A stretch of DNA of 64,000 nt, from positions 7,735 to 71,734 of the IMG/VR virus record IMGVR_UViG_3300009093_000004. One strand, written 5' to 3'. Position 1 is the first letter of the stretch. Each line of letters starts with the position of its first letter. The notes under the pieces are model-generated. The model saw only the letters and a program-made list of their open reading frames with translations, was not told the DNA's origin and ran no database searches. Shown in pieces: positions 31,750-42,472 of this stretch. The position numbers and the translations under genes are program-made. This DNA comes from a virus.

Positions 31750-33780
31750 TCACTGAGTGATCCCATATTTCTGTGCCAGTTGGTCGCGATCGGGTTGTCC
31801 GGATACCGCAGCGGCCCCTTTGGTTGCCGCTACACCTGCAGCTTGCCAACGTGATGGCGGGGCCATTCGGTTCTCCAGAGACTGAAGAGCTTCAGCCGCC
31901 TGTGCAGGATCAGGGGAGGATAGAATGCGGGCAGCCTGGGATGCTACTCCCTGGTTCCAGGTGCTCTTCTGCATCATACGTAGCACGTTGTGCATGGCCG
32001 CCCCGATCCAACTGTGATGGAGCTGAGAGGCGATAGTGGCCGCCTTGCCGATGTTCTCCCCTGCTGTATTCTCAAAGTCCCCCGCCGCCTCCATGCGTCT
32101 ATAGGTCTGGGACCCACCCAGGAGCTGGGAGTTGTTCTGGAAGATCCTCTTTTCCAGATCGAGGGTCTTCATAAAGATGTCAAACTTTTGGGGATCGCCG
32201 TCGAAGAGTGTCTTGATGAGTTCCTGCTTCTTCGGTCCGCCCAGGATCTCGGCCGCCAGGTTTGTGTTACGACCGCTCATCTCCGCAGGAGTTAACATCC
32301 GATCTGCCACCCCCATCCGCAAGGCGGTCTTGCCCGCTTCGGAGAGCTGACCCACATACTGGTGGGCCTGACCGGGAGACATGGCGAAGAAACTGTCCTG
32401 ACCGCCACTACGACCGGCCTGGTTGGCCGCGATCACCTCGGAGTCATCTCCATAGGTCTCGGCAGCATTCTTGAAGGACGGACTCGCCTCCTTCAGTCGA
32501 GCCATGATGAAGTTGCGGGCGCCCTTGAGTGAGGTGGCGAGATCGCCTTCCCCTCCCTGACCACCCTGGCCTGACTTGGCCTGGTTATAGAGTTGGCCGA
32601 TCCGAGTGTTCAGGGCCCGCTGCAGGAAGTCCATGTCCCGAACCGTGGGGGCTTCCTGCGTACGCACCCACTCCTCGGCGCCGAGGGAGGCGGCCGAAGC
32701 ATTTCCACCTTCAGGCTGTAGAGCGGTTGTAGGCTTATCAGCAGGCTTAGGAGCGTATAGGGAAGTCAGCGGTTGAGATTGCTTGCCCATCGTGGCATCC
32801 AGTGAGCGCACTCGCCGGTCCATGGCCACCGCATTCTGGTAGGTCCGTGCGACCTCCGGGTTCTCTAGGACATGCCAGACATCCGGATCCATCACGGGCT
32901 GCGGATCATTGCGCACCGCCTCGTAATTCGCCTTGGCGTTCTGACTACGGGTGCGATCCAGGAGATCGGAGTAGAGCCCGGCATCTCCCTGGGCATTCAT
33001 GGCCGCCCGAGTCTCCTGGGGAACACGGGTCTTAGTATCCGCCATGATCCCGGCGCGATCCTCGGCAATAGCTGTGGCCGCTCCTCCGGGCTTCTGAGCC
33101 AGCACCTCACCGGTAGTCCGGGTGTTTGGCCCGATGTCCGTCAGACGCATCGGGACGCCCTGATCGTTCGCCTGCTTCACATCCTGAGCGGCGGCAGGCC
33201 AGGGTCGGTTGTCCTTCTCCAGACGGGCCTGGACGCGGGCCAGGGCCTTCTGAGTGTCCCCTCGATTCATCCCACCCGGAGCGGGTTCCGGCTCAAGGCC
33301 GGTCGGCATCCTGGATCCAGCCAGGAGGGTCTCCACGAAGTGAGTCCCTTTCTCCGCTCCAGTCTCTGGATGCGGAAGGTACTTATCTAGGGTCTGACCG
33401 ACCTGGGAGGACAGGGTATTACTCGGCCAGGCACGAGCATCAAAGGGGTTGAGTTGATTCAACTCGAACTTCTTCGGATACTTAATGGCGTCATACACGC
33501 TAGTAGCCGCATCGGGAATCATGTTAACCATGCCGATGGCGGCGTCAGGAACAGATCGGGCAGCCAGAACGGCTTGCCGTCCATAACCTCCCAGGTACTT
33601 CTGATCGAGACTACGGAGCTTGTCGAGGATCCCTGGTTGGGCCTGTTGCTGCTGCGGCTCCTCGCCCAGGAGATCATCTGCCTTGGGTAGTGGGGCGCTC
33701 ACTGAAGCCGAGGGGCTATCCAGTGGGTGCGGACCATCCAACAGGTCATCTGCACTAGGCAGATCGCTCACTGCGCCCAC
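31750..33780 (-). CDS. internal virion/DNA ejection protein
   Basis: 676 aa, helical, Ala-rich; podovirus position. Confidence 0.65.
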   Translation of the reverse strand: MGAVSDLPSADDLLDGPHPLDSPSASVSAPLPKADDLLGEEPQQQQAQPGILDKLRSLDQKYLGGYGRQAVLAARSVPDAAIGMVNMIPDAATSVYDAIKYPKKFELNQLNPFDARAWPSNTLSSQVGQTLDKYLPHPETGAEKGTHFVETLLAGSRMPTGLEPEPAPGGMNRGDTQKALARVQARLEKDNRPWPAAAQDVKQANDQGVPMRLTDIGPNTRTTGEVLAQKPGGAATAIAEDRAGIMADTKTRVPQETRAAMNAQGDAGLYSDLLDRTRSQNAKANYEAVRNDPQPVMDPDVWHVLENPEVARTYQNAVAMDRRVRSLDATMGKQSQPLTSLYAPKPADKPTTALQPEGGNASAASLGAEEWVRTQEAPTVRDMDFLQRALNTRIGQLYNQAKSGQGGQGGEGDLATSLKGARNFIMARLKEASPSFKNAAETYGDDSEVIAANQAGRSGGQDSFFAMSPGQAHQYVGQLSEAGKTALRMGVADRMLTPAEMSGRNTNLAAEILGGPKKQELIKTLFDGDPQKFDIFMKTLDLEKRIFQNNSQLLGGSQTYRRMEAAGDFENTAGENIGKAATIASQLHHSWIGAAMHNVLRMMQKSTWNQGVASQAARILSSPDPAQAAEALQSLENRMAPPSRWQAAGVAATKGAAAVSGQPDRDQLAQKYGITQ

Positions 33781-35246
33781 CCGTTTTGCTGCAGGACATG
33801 CTTGGCCTGGTCACGGGTCAGTTTGCCGGCTTTGTAGTCAGCAATCACTGCATCCTTGGTGGAGTAGCTGGCTGCTCCCGTGGACTGGTGGTGATTCTGG
33901 AGAAGCTTGGCCACCTCGGGAGTGACCTTGCCCATCGCCCCCTTCTGGGGATCCCCGTAGAACTCCTTGTCGAGCAGTTCCTTGGGTAGAAAGTTGAGCG
34001 AGCTGCGATACTGGCGCTCCAGATCGGCCACCTGGGTGGTGAGTACATCCTTGTAGGTATCCCGGACCTGCCCCCACTGCTGGGGAGCAAGAGAGGTTCG
34101 GATCCGACCTTCCTGTGATTCGCGCTCCGCGCCGGTGCCGCCCCTCGGAACGATCGAGTTCACCAACTCGTCTCCGAGGAATCCCTGGACGGCCTGAGCC
34201 GATGTCAACTCTGGATGGCCCGTCTGGGCGCCGAATTGCTGCACAAGACGGTTCACAAGGGTGTAGTCGCCAGTCTGTCCGGCCTGCTTCATGGCCCCCA
34301 TCAGCTTGTCGTAGGTATCAATGTGACCCATGACGTTGTTGATGAAGCGGAGTTTGTCGCCGTGGTTGGCATCCGTATCGAACTGCTGGCGGACCTTGTT
34401 GGCTATGGCGTAGTTTCCTTCCTGAAACTCGGGATTTAATGCCAGGACCTTCTGGAGATCTTGTTGGTACTGAATCCGCTGCAAGGGGGTGGCTCGCGCG
34501 GTAGGTGCGGGGAACGGAACAGCATACCTAGCGCGGGCCTCCGCGATCGGGTCCTGTTGGTCCCCGCCCTGGCCACCGGCCCCGTTAGCTCCAGCCAGCT
34601 GACCCTGGATAGTGGCTTCGGCTTTCGCCTTGGCCAGTTCCGCGACCAAGCCGGCATCCATCCCGCCCTGATCCTTGGCGGCGGAGATCTGCCGGCCCAG
34701 GTTCGAGTTCAGGGCCGTAGAGGCATTGTTTGACATCTGCTGGCCACGGTTGACCATGTTGTTGGCCAGCTGACTTTGTAGCTGATGAGCCATGATCCCG
34801 GCCTGCTGAGCATCGATGCCGTACTTCGCCATCAGCTGCTGCTTCTGCAACTCCCCTGCCCGAGTCTCTTGCATGCCCTGGGCACCGGCCTGTGCCGCAG
34901 CTGCGCCCACTCCTGCCATTCCCTGCAGAGACGGCTTCTCACCGGCAATAGCGCCCATAGTGCGAAGTGCCTGCTCTTGCTTGCTGGGACCGTACTGGAG
35001 GCTTCCAAGTCGCTCCTGGGTCTTGAGCAACAAGTCCTTGAGAGCCGAGTAGTCCTGGCCCTCCTGTCCATATGCCTGGGCGGCTTGCTCGTATCCTCGG
35101 TTGGCAATGTCTTGTCCTTGGGTAAGCCGGCGCAGTTGTATCTGACGATCCAGATCAGCTTCTTGCTGAGCCTGGGAGAGATTCTGCTGAGGAGTGGCCC
35201 CGGAGGCTTGTAGCGGGCTGTATCCCGAGGTGTTCAGATCAGGCAT
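33768..35246 (-). CDS. internal virion/DNA ejection protein
   Basis: Gln/Ala/Gly-rich, helical. Confidence 0.65.
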   Translation of the reverse strand: MPDLNTSGYSPLQASGATPQQNLSQAQQEADLDRQIQLRRLTQGQDIANRGYEQAAQAYGQEGQDYSALKDLLLKTQERLGSLQYGPSKQEQALRTMGAIAGEKPSLQGMAGVGAAAAQAGAQGMQETRAGELQKQQLMAKYGIDAQQAGIMAHQLQSQLANNMVNRGQQMSNNASTALNSNLGRQISAAKDQGGMDAGLVAELAKAKAEATIQGQLAGANGAGGQGGDQQDPIAEARARYAVPFPAPTARATPLQRIQYQQDLQKVLALNPEFQEGNYAIANKVRQQFDTDANHGDKLRFINNVMGHIDTYDKLMGAMKQAGQTGDYTLVNRLVQQFGAQTGHPELTSAQAVQGFLGDELVNSIVPRGGTGAERESQEGRIRTSLAPQQWGQVRDTYKDVLTTQVADLERQYRSSLNFLPKELLDKEFYGDPQKGAMGKVTPEVAKLLQNHHQSTGAASYSTKDAVIADYKAGKLTRDQAKHVLQQNGWAQ

Positions 35247-36765
35247 TAGAGGCCGCCAGCGGCGAGTAACCCTGCCGCTTCAAGGTGATGGTGCCGCCGC
35301 GCCGCGCCGGGTATGGAGCGATTCGGGTGCCATAGGGGATGACACCCTGAATGCTTCGGTAGCCCGGTAGGTAGCTCGGGCCGCCCATGGCTCGCTTGAT
35401 ATGGCCGCCCTTCTTTACGCCATAGTCTGACAGGGAGTAGCCGCCGTTGTTCTGCTGCTGTTGCTGCTGACCGGTGAACATGCCCCCCAGGCTGCTGGCC
35501 AATTGTCCTCCGGTGAGCGCACCACCTAGTAGCTGCTGGAGTCCAGAAGAGGATTGCCCGTAGGGGGAATAGCTGTAGTTGGTCGATCCACTTGGAATCT
35601 GGATTCCCTGAAGGGCCGATTGCATAGCCCCGGCAGCGGTCAGCGGCCAGTTGGCCTGCTGTTGGAACTGCTGCATAGGAACGTTGTAGTTCGCCTGGGT
35701 CTGGGCCTGCTGCTGCTGACCCATCTGATTCTGCATGCCGGCCTGGCTCAGCGTGTTGTTGAGCGCCGTTGTCCCCAGGCTGCCAAGAGTATTCGCTCCA
35801 GCCAACTGAGTCCCCACCCCAGCATTCTGGAGGTTGCCGGCTCCGAGGCCGAGGTTTCCGTAAAGCCCCGCACCTGATAGGCCAGTTTGTTGGGCCGCGT
35901 TCTGAAGTCCACCCGCAGTGGAGCCCAGCCCCGCCGTAAGACCAGCCCCGTATAGCCCAGTGCCTTGAGCTGCATTAGCCGCGTTAGCGGCAGTGCCAGC
36001 CAGGCCCGATAGAATATTCTGTTGGGCCTCGGCCCCGCCCAACGCGGTATTAAAGCCACTAGCCATAGTGGAAGCGGTCGCCATCTTCTCATTCAGATCC
36101 TCCGCCGCGCCTAGCTTCTGAGCATACTCACCTTGGCGAGTACTTCCCAGGACCTGGCCGGCTTGTGTGAACTGATCTTGTAGAGAAGGCAGAACGTTCT
36201 GGTTGAAGTTCTGCGCTGATAGCTTGTTCGAGGCATCCGCTACCTGACTCATATACGGATTCATGAACTGCTGCATCTGAGAGGACAGCGGGGAAGATGC
36301 CTGCTGGATGTAGGGGTTGGCCGCCTGCATCGCATTCGGCTGCTGGAGCGCGCCTTGAATCCCACTCTGGGCGTTCTGTAGGTATGGGCTCGCCGCCTGT
36401 AAGGCGTTGGGTTGCGTCAGGGCAGAGCCGGCCTGGTTAGTGGCCATGCCGAGATAAGGGTTGGCCGCTGCCAGCGGAGATTGCTGTCCCAACGCATTCT
36501 GAGCGGTCTGAACGCCCTGAAGGGCCTGGTCCGCTCCCAGGCCCTTCGCCCCTTGCACGGTTCCGTAGGAGGACTGCTGGTCACCCGAGAGAGGTGCGAC
36601 CTGCGGACCCTGATACTGTTGATAGCCCTGATTAGCGAACTGGGCAGCGTTCTGCAGGATCCCCTGGGTGTAGTCGTTATACCACTGGGGAAGAGTGTTC
36701 GAAGTCTGGTTCAGCGTCTGCTGATATTGCATCGGCTGCTGCGTCAGGAAGGATGTCAAACTCAT
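35239..36765 (-). CDS. DNA ejection/pilot protein
   Basis: LPQWY...FMNPY motifs; Q/G/A-rich. Confidence 0.7.
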   Translation of the reverse strand: MSLTSFLTQQPMQYQQTLNQTSNTLPQWYNDYTQGILQNAAQFANQGYQQYQGPQVAPLSGDQQSSYGTVQGAKGLGADQALQGVQTAQNALGQQSPLAAANPYLGMATNQAGSALTQPNALQAASPYLQNAQSGIQGALQQPNAMQAANPYIQQASSPLSSQMQQFMNPYMSQVADASNKLSAQNFNQNVLPSLQDQFTQAGQVLGSTRQGEYAQKLGAAEDLNEKMATASTMASGFNTALGGAEAQQNILSGLAGTAANAANAAQGTGLYGAGLTAGLGSTAGGLQNAAQQTGLSGAGLYGNLGLGAGNLQNAGVGTQLAGANTLGSLGTTALNNTLSQAGMQNQMGQQQQAQTQANYNVPMQQFQQQANWPLTAAGAMQSALQGIQIPSGSTNYSYSPYGQSSSGLQQLLGGALTGGQLASSLGGMFTGQQQQQQNNGGYSLSDYGVKKGGHIKRAMGGPSYLPGYRSIQGVIPYGTRIAPYPARRGGTITLKRQGYSPLAASNA

Positions 36766-38855
36766 GACTGCCCGCCTTTCAGGTAAGTCTGCGGACTCTT
36801 CGCCTTCATGAACTGTTTCCCTTTCGCCATCGATTGTGCGGCGTGCATCCGCAACCGCTCCCGGAGTTGATCAAGCTTCTTGGCGCCCGCCTCGTTCGAC
36901 CCATCCCCTAGCATCGAGACGGTATGCGCATCCATGACGTACTCCCCATTGGAGAGCTTGGCATCGATGTCATCGCTCTGGCCGGTCCCTGGCCCTTGGA
37001 TGTAACTCGGGCCGCCCTTGGTGGCCGGGACCATGTGAGGGTTCTGAGAGGCAGCGAGCGGACCATGTTCCTGGATCGCCCCACCCTCGGCCCGTCCCCG
37101 CATGATCGGCATGGGGTGCATGGTTGGCTGGCCACCCAGGAGCGCGATCAACTGATCCACACTCGGACTCGTCTGCTGTAGAGGGATCTGCGCGGGAGGC
37201 TGGGGTTGCCCGCCATACTGCTGCAGGGGAGAGGTTTGCGACGGGGGCGCTGTCGGAGGGCCGCCGCTTGGAGAGAAGAACATGTTGCCGCCAGGGGTGG
37301 GTTGCTCCCCGGCGTGCGCGTAATCGATGTTCGTTGGATTCAGGCGCTGACGTGGTGTGGCGCTGAAATTCCCATACATGTTGGACGCAGACGGCCCAGA
37401 TCCCTGGAACATCGGCGGAGGAGTCGGCTTGTAGTTGGCCAGCATGGTCTCCTGGCCATTCTTACTGCCTGCAGCCCCCGCCAACCCGAGACCGCCCCCA
37501 AGGAGGGCCCCCAGCAGGTTCGGGTTCGATAGAAGACCGCTCAGGGCCGATCCGATCGACCCTAGTCCAGAATGAGAGGACTGCTGGCCACCAGGTCCGG
37601 AGTAGCTTCCTCCAAGGGAGGGGAGGTTCACATTCCCGGAATTATCGGTCGGGACGACGTTGTCCCAACCGATGATGTCCCCGAGGGACGCTCCCTTATA
37701 GGGATCCATTCCGGGAGAGTTCTGATCGAGCACCATGCCGCTAAAGTCTGGAGCGGGAGGTGAATCGAGGTTTACATCGTAGGCACTAGGGTAATTCGGG
37801 GTGAAGTAGTCAACGTACCCGCCATCATCAAAATGCGGGGTCTCGGCCCTCTGCGAGAAAGAAGGACCATTGAGAATCTCATGCAGACTACTCTGCTTCA
37901 CGGGGCCACCTTGTGCGTGTTGCTGCTGGTTTAGGCTGTTGAAATAGCCCGAGGCGCCCCGTTGGAGGCCCGTGATTCCGGCCTGTTCAGGGCTGGATCC
38001 ACGAAGATAGGAGGATAGCGCGCTACCGGCAGCGTTGCCCAGATAGGAAGGCATCCCTGAAGATGTCAACCCATAGCCCAACGCCCCGCCAAGCCCTGCT
38101 GCTTCTGCGCCCTGAGCACCACCACTGATCCCTCCAGCGGCTGTTCTAGTGGCCAGATTTGCCAAAGCTGGGTTCATTCCTGTGGCCTCGGAAACCATGG
38201 GGGCACTCGCCCCGACCCCGCCAGCGACCGCTCCAAGCAATGGGTTACCCCCATTGGCGGCTGAGTTGGCAGCGCCAACCCCGGCTCCTACGGCGGCATT
38301 ACCAGCCGATCCTAACCCGGCGAACGCGCCTGCCCCGGCTGCTGCGGTCACAGCAGGAAGGACAACATACTGTCCAACATTCTCTAGGGCCTGGACCAAA
38401 GTGGGGTCAACACGAGGATGGTCACCGAGAACCTGGGAGGGATCTGGAATCCCCTGGTATAGGGGATTCTCCATGTTCCATTTGACGGCCTGCTGCACGT
38501 CCTGGGCGTTATTGAGGTTAGTTCCCCATTTGAGCGGCTGACCCTGGTATTTGCCGGGCGCGTTCAGGTAGTACCCTGACTCGTGTCCAGCCAGCTGCTT
38601 CTCATACGGCATGAAAGCCGTGTAGAAATCGGACATCTGCTGAGAGCTAAGAGGACTCTTGATCAGCTGTCGCAGGTTGTTCTGCCTGGTGAGGGCATCA
38701 AACTGGTTGCTCTTCAAAGCCTGAGCGAAAGCATCCTTATAATCACCGGCATCGATGTATGGCTGTAGGGCCTTATCTACGCTTCCATACATATCCTGCA
38801 TGCGTAGGCCCATGGCGTTGGTCTTGCCGAAGTAGTCATCTTCTCGGCGCATCAC
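36762..38855 (-). CDS. internal virion protein
   Basis: Gly-rich; C-terminal GPGTGQSDDIDAKLSNGEYV motif. Confidence 0.7.
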   Translation of the reverse strand: MMRREDDYFGKTNAMGLRMQDMYGSVDKALQPYIDAGDYKDAFAQALKSNQFDALTRQNNLRQLIKSPLSSQQMSDFYTAFMPYEKQLAGHESGYYLNAPGKYQGQPLKWGTNLNNAQDVQQAVKWNMENPLYQGIPDPSQVLGDHPRVDPTLVQALENVGQYVVLPAVTAAAGAGAFAGLGSAGNAAVGAGVGAANSAANGGNPLLGAVAGGVGASAPMVSEATGMNPALANLATRTAAGGISGGAQGAEAAGLGGALGYGLTSSGMPSYLGNAAGSALSSYLRGSSPEQAGITGLQRGASGYFNSLNQQQHAQGGPVKQSSLHEILNGPSFSQRAETPHFDDGGYVDYFTPNYPSAYDVNLDSPPAPDFSGMVLDQNSPGMDPYKGASLGDIIGWDNVVPTDNSGNVNLPSLGGSYSGPGGQQSSHSGLGSIGSALSGLLSNPNLLGALLGGGLGLAGAAGSKNGQETMLANYKPTPPPMFQGSGPSASNMYGNFSATPRQRLNPTNIDYAHAGEQPTPGGNMFFSPSGGPPTAPPSQTSPLQQYGGQPQPPAQIPLQQTSPSVDQLIALLGGQPTMHPMPIMRGRAEGGAIQEHGPLAASQNPHMVPATKGGPSYIQGPGTGQSDDIDAKLSNGEYVMDAHTVSMLGDGSNEAGAKKLDQLRERLRMHAAQSMAKGKQFMKAKSPQTYLKGGQS

Positions 38856-40393
38856 AGTCTCCTCGCCGTATCTACTTCAACATAGATCATGTTTCTACCG
38901 GCCTGGTAAGTCCCGCCCGTGGTATTGCTCTGGAACTGCAACTTCATCTGCCGTGCATTAGTCCTTAAGGGCACAACCTGAGAGAAGCCAGGAGCGGTCG
39001 CCGTAGCGGGGATGTTCTGCGTGGTAGAGACCACGTACGGGGCCTTAGAGTTGGCCCGAGTTAAGACCGAGACGGTCATATCACCAGACTGGATGAAGTC
39101 CGGCTCTAACGTATCCAGATGGAGAGTCTTGTCCATCGGCTGCTGGAAGGTGGTCGGAGAGATCACCCCGGTGGTGATGCTGCTCGCGATAGCACTTACA
39201 TTCGAGCCATCGATCTGATCGGTCCCGGTCTCGTGCTGCCACAAGCGATAGGTGGTGGGAGAGCCAAGACCATCTACACCGGCCATCAGAAGGCCGGTAT
39301 TCGACACTTCGTTAAATACAGCGGTTGAGCGCCCGGCATTCGGCAGCGGGGTGTCATACCAGATGTTCTCACGGTGGTTGTAGATCACCGCCCAGTTGGG
39401 CTCCGTGGCGCCAAAGAGCGGCGCACAGAACCAGATTTCTCCCCAGCGAGCGTTGCGAACTGCGAAAGCCTTCTGGGCATACCTGCGGTTGAGATTGTCG
39501 AAGAAGAAGTTGATGTTCCGGGGGTTCGCCACCTCCTGTAGGACACCGTTGTAGGTCAGGAACCGGTCCTGGGCCATCCAAAAGAAGATGCCCTCGATAT
39601 TCACTACTGAGTTGTAGGAGAGGATCGAGGACTCATCCGAGAGAATGTCAAACGCAAAGGTCGGCGCGCCGCCGACGAAGTACATGCGGATGACCGAGTC
39701 GATCGACCAGATCAGGAATGCTGGGGAGAATCCGCCACCACCGCGCAAGGGTAATGCCTTGACGATCTTCTGGTCTGTAACGCGGGCCGCGCCGGAGCCA
39801 GCATTGGTGAAGTCCAGAGGCTTATTCGGCACTGACCATTGCACAAGGCCGTTGGAGCCGTAGACCACCGTATAGGGGGGCACCACGACCACCCCTCCCG
39901 TGGCATCGGTTGCCAGGCCACCCACGGCGGTCAAGGCCGTGGTGGTATACATCGGCCCCGCGTAGAGGTTCCCGGTAGTAGTTCCGTAGGCTATGTCCCC
40001 AAGGGCAGGTACCACGAACCCGAGGATCTGCTGAGAGCTTGATGTCAGATCGAAGTACGAGGTGAGCTGCCAGATATTGTTTGCATTGGAGGGGAAGCCT
40101 CCGGGAGTCCGGTTGGCCGGAGCGGAAGTGTTCCCATTGGAATCGATCGTGAACAGCTCGATCCCAGCGGCATATCCCGAGTGGATGTAGGACTGACCGC
40201 TGAGCGTCTGAGAATGCAAGGCTCGGGAGATCCCAGTCATGCTCTGAGACAGGGACTGATAGCCTCCGATCTTGCGGGGAAGGCCGCGCTGAAACCGGGT
40301 CCACACCCCATCGGTATAGGCCTTATGGCTCAACTCCGTGCCGTCCCTCTGGATGGCTGGCTCAAAGTTGAGGGGAAAGGGCTCGAAGGCCAT
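38852..40393 (-). CDS. tail nozzle/stabilisation protein
   Basis: 513 aa, beta-rich; WTRFQRGLPRKIGG and GEIW motifs; position. Confidence 0.7.
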   Translation of the reverse strand: MAFEPFPLNFEPAIQRDGTELSHKAYTDGVWTRFQRGLPRKIGGYQSLSQSMTGISRALHSQTLSGQSYIHSGYAAGIELFTIDSNGNTSAPANRTPGGFPSNANNIWQLTSYFDLTSSSQQILGFVVPALGDIAYGTTTGNLYAGPMYTTTALTAVGGLATDATGGVVVVPPYTVVYGSNGLVQWSVPNKPLDFTNAGSGAARVTDQKIVKALPLRGGGGFSPAFLIWSIDSVIRMYFVGGAPTFAFDILSDESSILSYNSVVNIEGIFFWMAQDRFLTYNGVLQEVANPRNINFFFDNLNRRYAQKAFAVRNARWGEIWFCAPLFGATEPNWAVIYNHRENIWYDTPLPNAGRSTAVFNEVSNTGLLMAGVDGLGSPTTYRLWQHETGTDQIDGSNVSAIASSITTGVISPTTFQQPMDKTLHLDTLEPDFIQSGDMTVSVLTRANSKAPYVVSTTQNIPATATAPGFSQVVPLRTNARQMKLQFQSNTTGGTYQAGRNMIYVEVDTARRL

Positions 40394-41628
40394 TAGAACA
40401 GTAGCCCCCAGACTACAGAGTCCGAATTGGAGAGGATACCCAAGGCATTCTGAGCCGCGGCTGCATTGGTGGCGGTGAATACGGCGACACCCACGGAGGT
40501 GCCCCCCAAGTTGGTCAGGGCCGCTGAAGCGGTGGTCGCACCGGTTCCACCTTGGTTGACCGCAATCGGGACTGCGATACCAGCCGTGGAGGCATTCACC
40601 ACATTTGTGCCATCGCAGTAGAGGATGAACCGCGCACCTGCAGTTAGCGTGATCTGTCCAGCCCCACTAATCTGTGCCGCTGTACCAATGCCGAGGGTTC
40701 CACCTGTGGTCTCGTTATCGACCCAGTACTGCTGAACCGTGCTGGGAACCTGGATGTTCGTGTTGCCCGCCAAGCTTCCAGTGAAGCGATAGGCAACCTT
40801 GTTCTGCACGTTGCTGGGCAGGACGAAGGTTCCAGACTGGCCGGTCAGGCTGACCACCTGAAAGTTGAAGATATTCGTATTGACGGTGCCCAGGCCGATC
40901 GTCCACCAGCCCGTCCCATCGGTGACGAGGAAGCAGGAGTCGCTTACGTTCATCGACAGGCTCGACCCACCATTGATCAGGTCAGGACTCGTCGGATTAA
41001 TTGTGAGCGTACCGGTACCGGAATTACGGACTTGGATGTAGTAATTGGTGCCCGAGGAAAAGGCCGTTGGCATCGTGATCGTGCCCGCACCGCCGCTCCA
41101 GTTGAGGAGATTGTCCCGGTCTGCAGGACCTACCGAGTAGTTCGAGTTCAGTGTGGTGACATTCATCACCTGCTGCAGGAAAGGACCGTTCGCTCCGAGA
41201 CCCGATCCGGCTAGGGCAGCCGCGTTGGCAGCGGAAGTGCCCGCTCCGAACTGGAATGTCAACCATATACCCGCCGCCGTCAGGTTGCTGGTGAGGCCAA
41301 AGAAAATGGCGGCTCCCGGAGCGATCGAGGCGATCGATCCGCCCGTGCTGTTGGCGACCGTGAACGCACTGGATCCCGCGTTGAAGATGAGCGTCTTCTC
41401 ACCGAGGGAAGTGTTATTTGCCGGGGGCATCTGCAGCGTACACCCGGTCCCCAGGGGAGTGATGTACATTAGATCGGCCAGCACATTGGCGTTGGCCGGG
41501 AAGTTGTCGATCGCCCACTGCAACTGAGTGGTGGACCCTGCAAGCAGGGAGTACGCCTGGAAGGTGGTCTGACTCGGGAGGATAGTCAGTCCATTATTTA
41601 GTGGGGAGCCATAGCCCTGGCCTGCCAT
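40393..41628 (-). CDS. tail/fibre-associated virion protein
   Basis: Thr/Gly/Ser-rich; VNQGGTGATTASAALTNLG fibre motif. Confidence 0.7.
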   Translation of the reverse strand: MAGQGYGSPLNNGLTILPSQTTFQAYSLLAGSTTQLQWAIDNFPANANVLADLMYITPLGTGCTLQMPPANNTSLGEKTLIFNAGSSAFTVANSTGGSIASIAPGAAIFFGLTSNLTAAGIWLTFQFGAGTSAANAAALAGSGLGANGPFLQQVMNVTTLNSNYSVGPADRDNLLNWSGGAGTITMPTAFSSGTNYYIQVRNSGTGTLTINPTSPDLINGGSSLSMNVSDSCFLVTDGTGWWTIGLGTVNTNIFNFQVVSLTGQSGTFVLPSNVQNKVAYRFTGSLAGNTNIQVPSTVQQYWVDNETTGGTLGIGTAAQISGAGQITLTAGARFILYCDGTNVVNASTAGIAVPIAVNQGGTGATTASAALTNLGGTSVGVAVFTATNAAAAQNALGILSNSDSVVWGLLF

Positions 41629-42308
41629 TACGGCGGTCCTCCGGTGGTTACGCTTTGGCGGGTCTCAGTGGCCCGGCCGACCATATCTTGGATGTCCTCG
41701 TTGGACAGGGCCCGCATTCCCTCATTGAATAGGGCCTCCCAGACTGGGATACGCTCATCGTTCTTGAGGAAAGGGGAGCACTCCAGCAGGGTGGAATAGA
41801 GCAGTACCTCGGGTGCATAGATGCTGATCCAGTTCTGGGTATTACTAGCATCCAACAGGGCCGGTAGCTCCCAGAACATCACCTCGAAGGGATAGTTCTG
41901 GTCTGGAGTCGGAGCTACCACCCAGTTGTTATAGTCGTAATCGGCATAGAAGCATGGCATACCCACCACGGAGTCGTCTGGCCAGAAACCACGTAAGAAC
42001 TCGTAGGAGCGCTCATAGAGCGGGGTGCGCCTAGTGTATTGCCCAGTCTTGGGATTGAACCTACCGAAGTTGAAGGAGATGGTCTCCCTCCATCGGTCAG
42101 GCTTTGGCATCAGGGGTGACCCAGCCGTGAAGTTGTTAGTCAATGGGCGCTGGAAGCCAAGGATCTTGACCCCACGGGAGATCCTTCGCTCCGCGTTGTT
42201 GATCAGCTTTGGAAGCTGCGCAAAGACGATCGGATCGATCACAGTGCCCCTTTCTAGGTAGGCCTGTACGTCCGACATCAGCGAGCTAAAGGTCATCCCA
42301 TCCGGCAT
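41628..42308 (-). CDS. head-tail adaptor/tail tubular protein
   Basis: LINNAERRI...APTPD...NW....PEVLLY..L.E..PFLKND. Confidence 0.75.
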   Translation of the reverse strand: MPDGMTFSSLMSDVQAYLERGTVIDPIVFAQLPKLINNAERRISRGVKILGFQRPLTNNFTAGSPLMPKPDRWRETISFNFGRFNPKTGQYTRRTPLYERSYEFLRGFWPDDSVVGMPCFYADYDYNNWVVAPTPDQNYPFEVMFWELPALLDASNTQNWISIYAPEVLLYSTLLECSPFLKNDERIPVWEALFNEGMRALSNEDIQDMVGRATETRQSVTTGGPP

Positions 42309-42311
42309 GGC

Positions 42312-42470
42312 TTACTCTTTCTTGACTTGCAACTCGACCTGTTGCTGGAGCTTGTTCTCAAGGGGCGCTGCGACCTTGTGAGGCAGCTCACCCAGACCTG
42401 CCAAGAGAATACGCAGGTCATCCCCTGTGAGCTTCACATCGAATTCGTCAGTAGGTTGTATGGTGATCAT
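42312..42470 (-). CDS. small tail-fibre-associated protein
   Basis: Hand-translated ...ILLAGLGELPHKVAAPLENKLQQQ. Confidence 0.6.
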   Translation of the reverse strand: MITIQPTDEFDVKLTGDDLRILLAGLGELPHKVAAPLENKLQQQVELQVKKE

Positions 42471-42472
42471 GT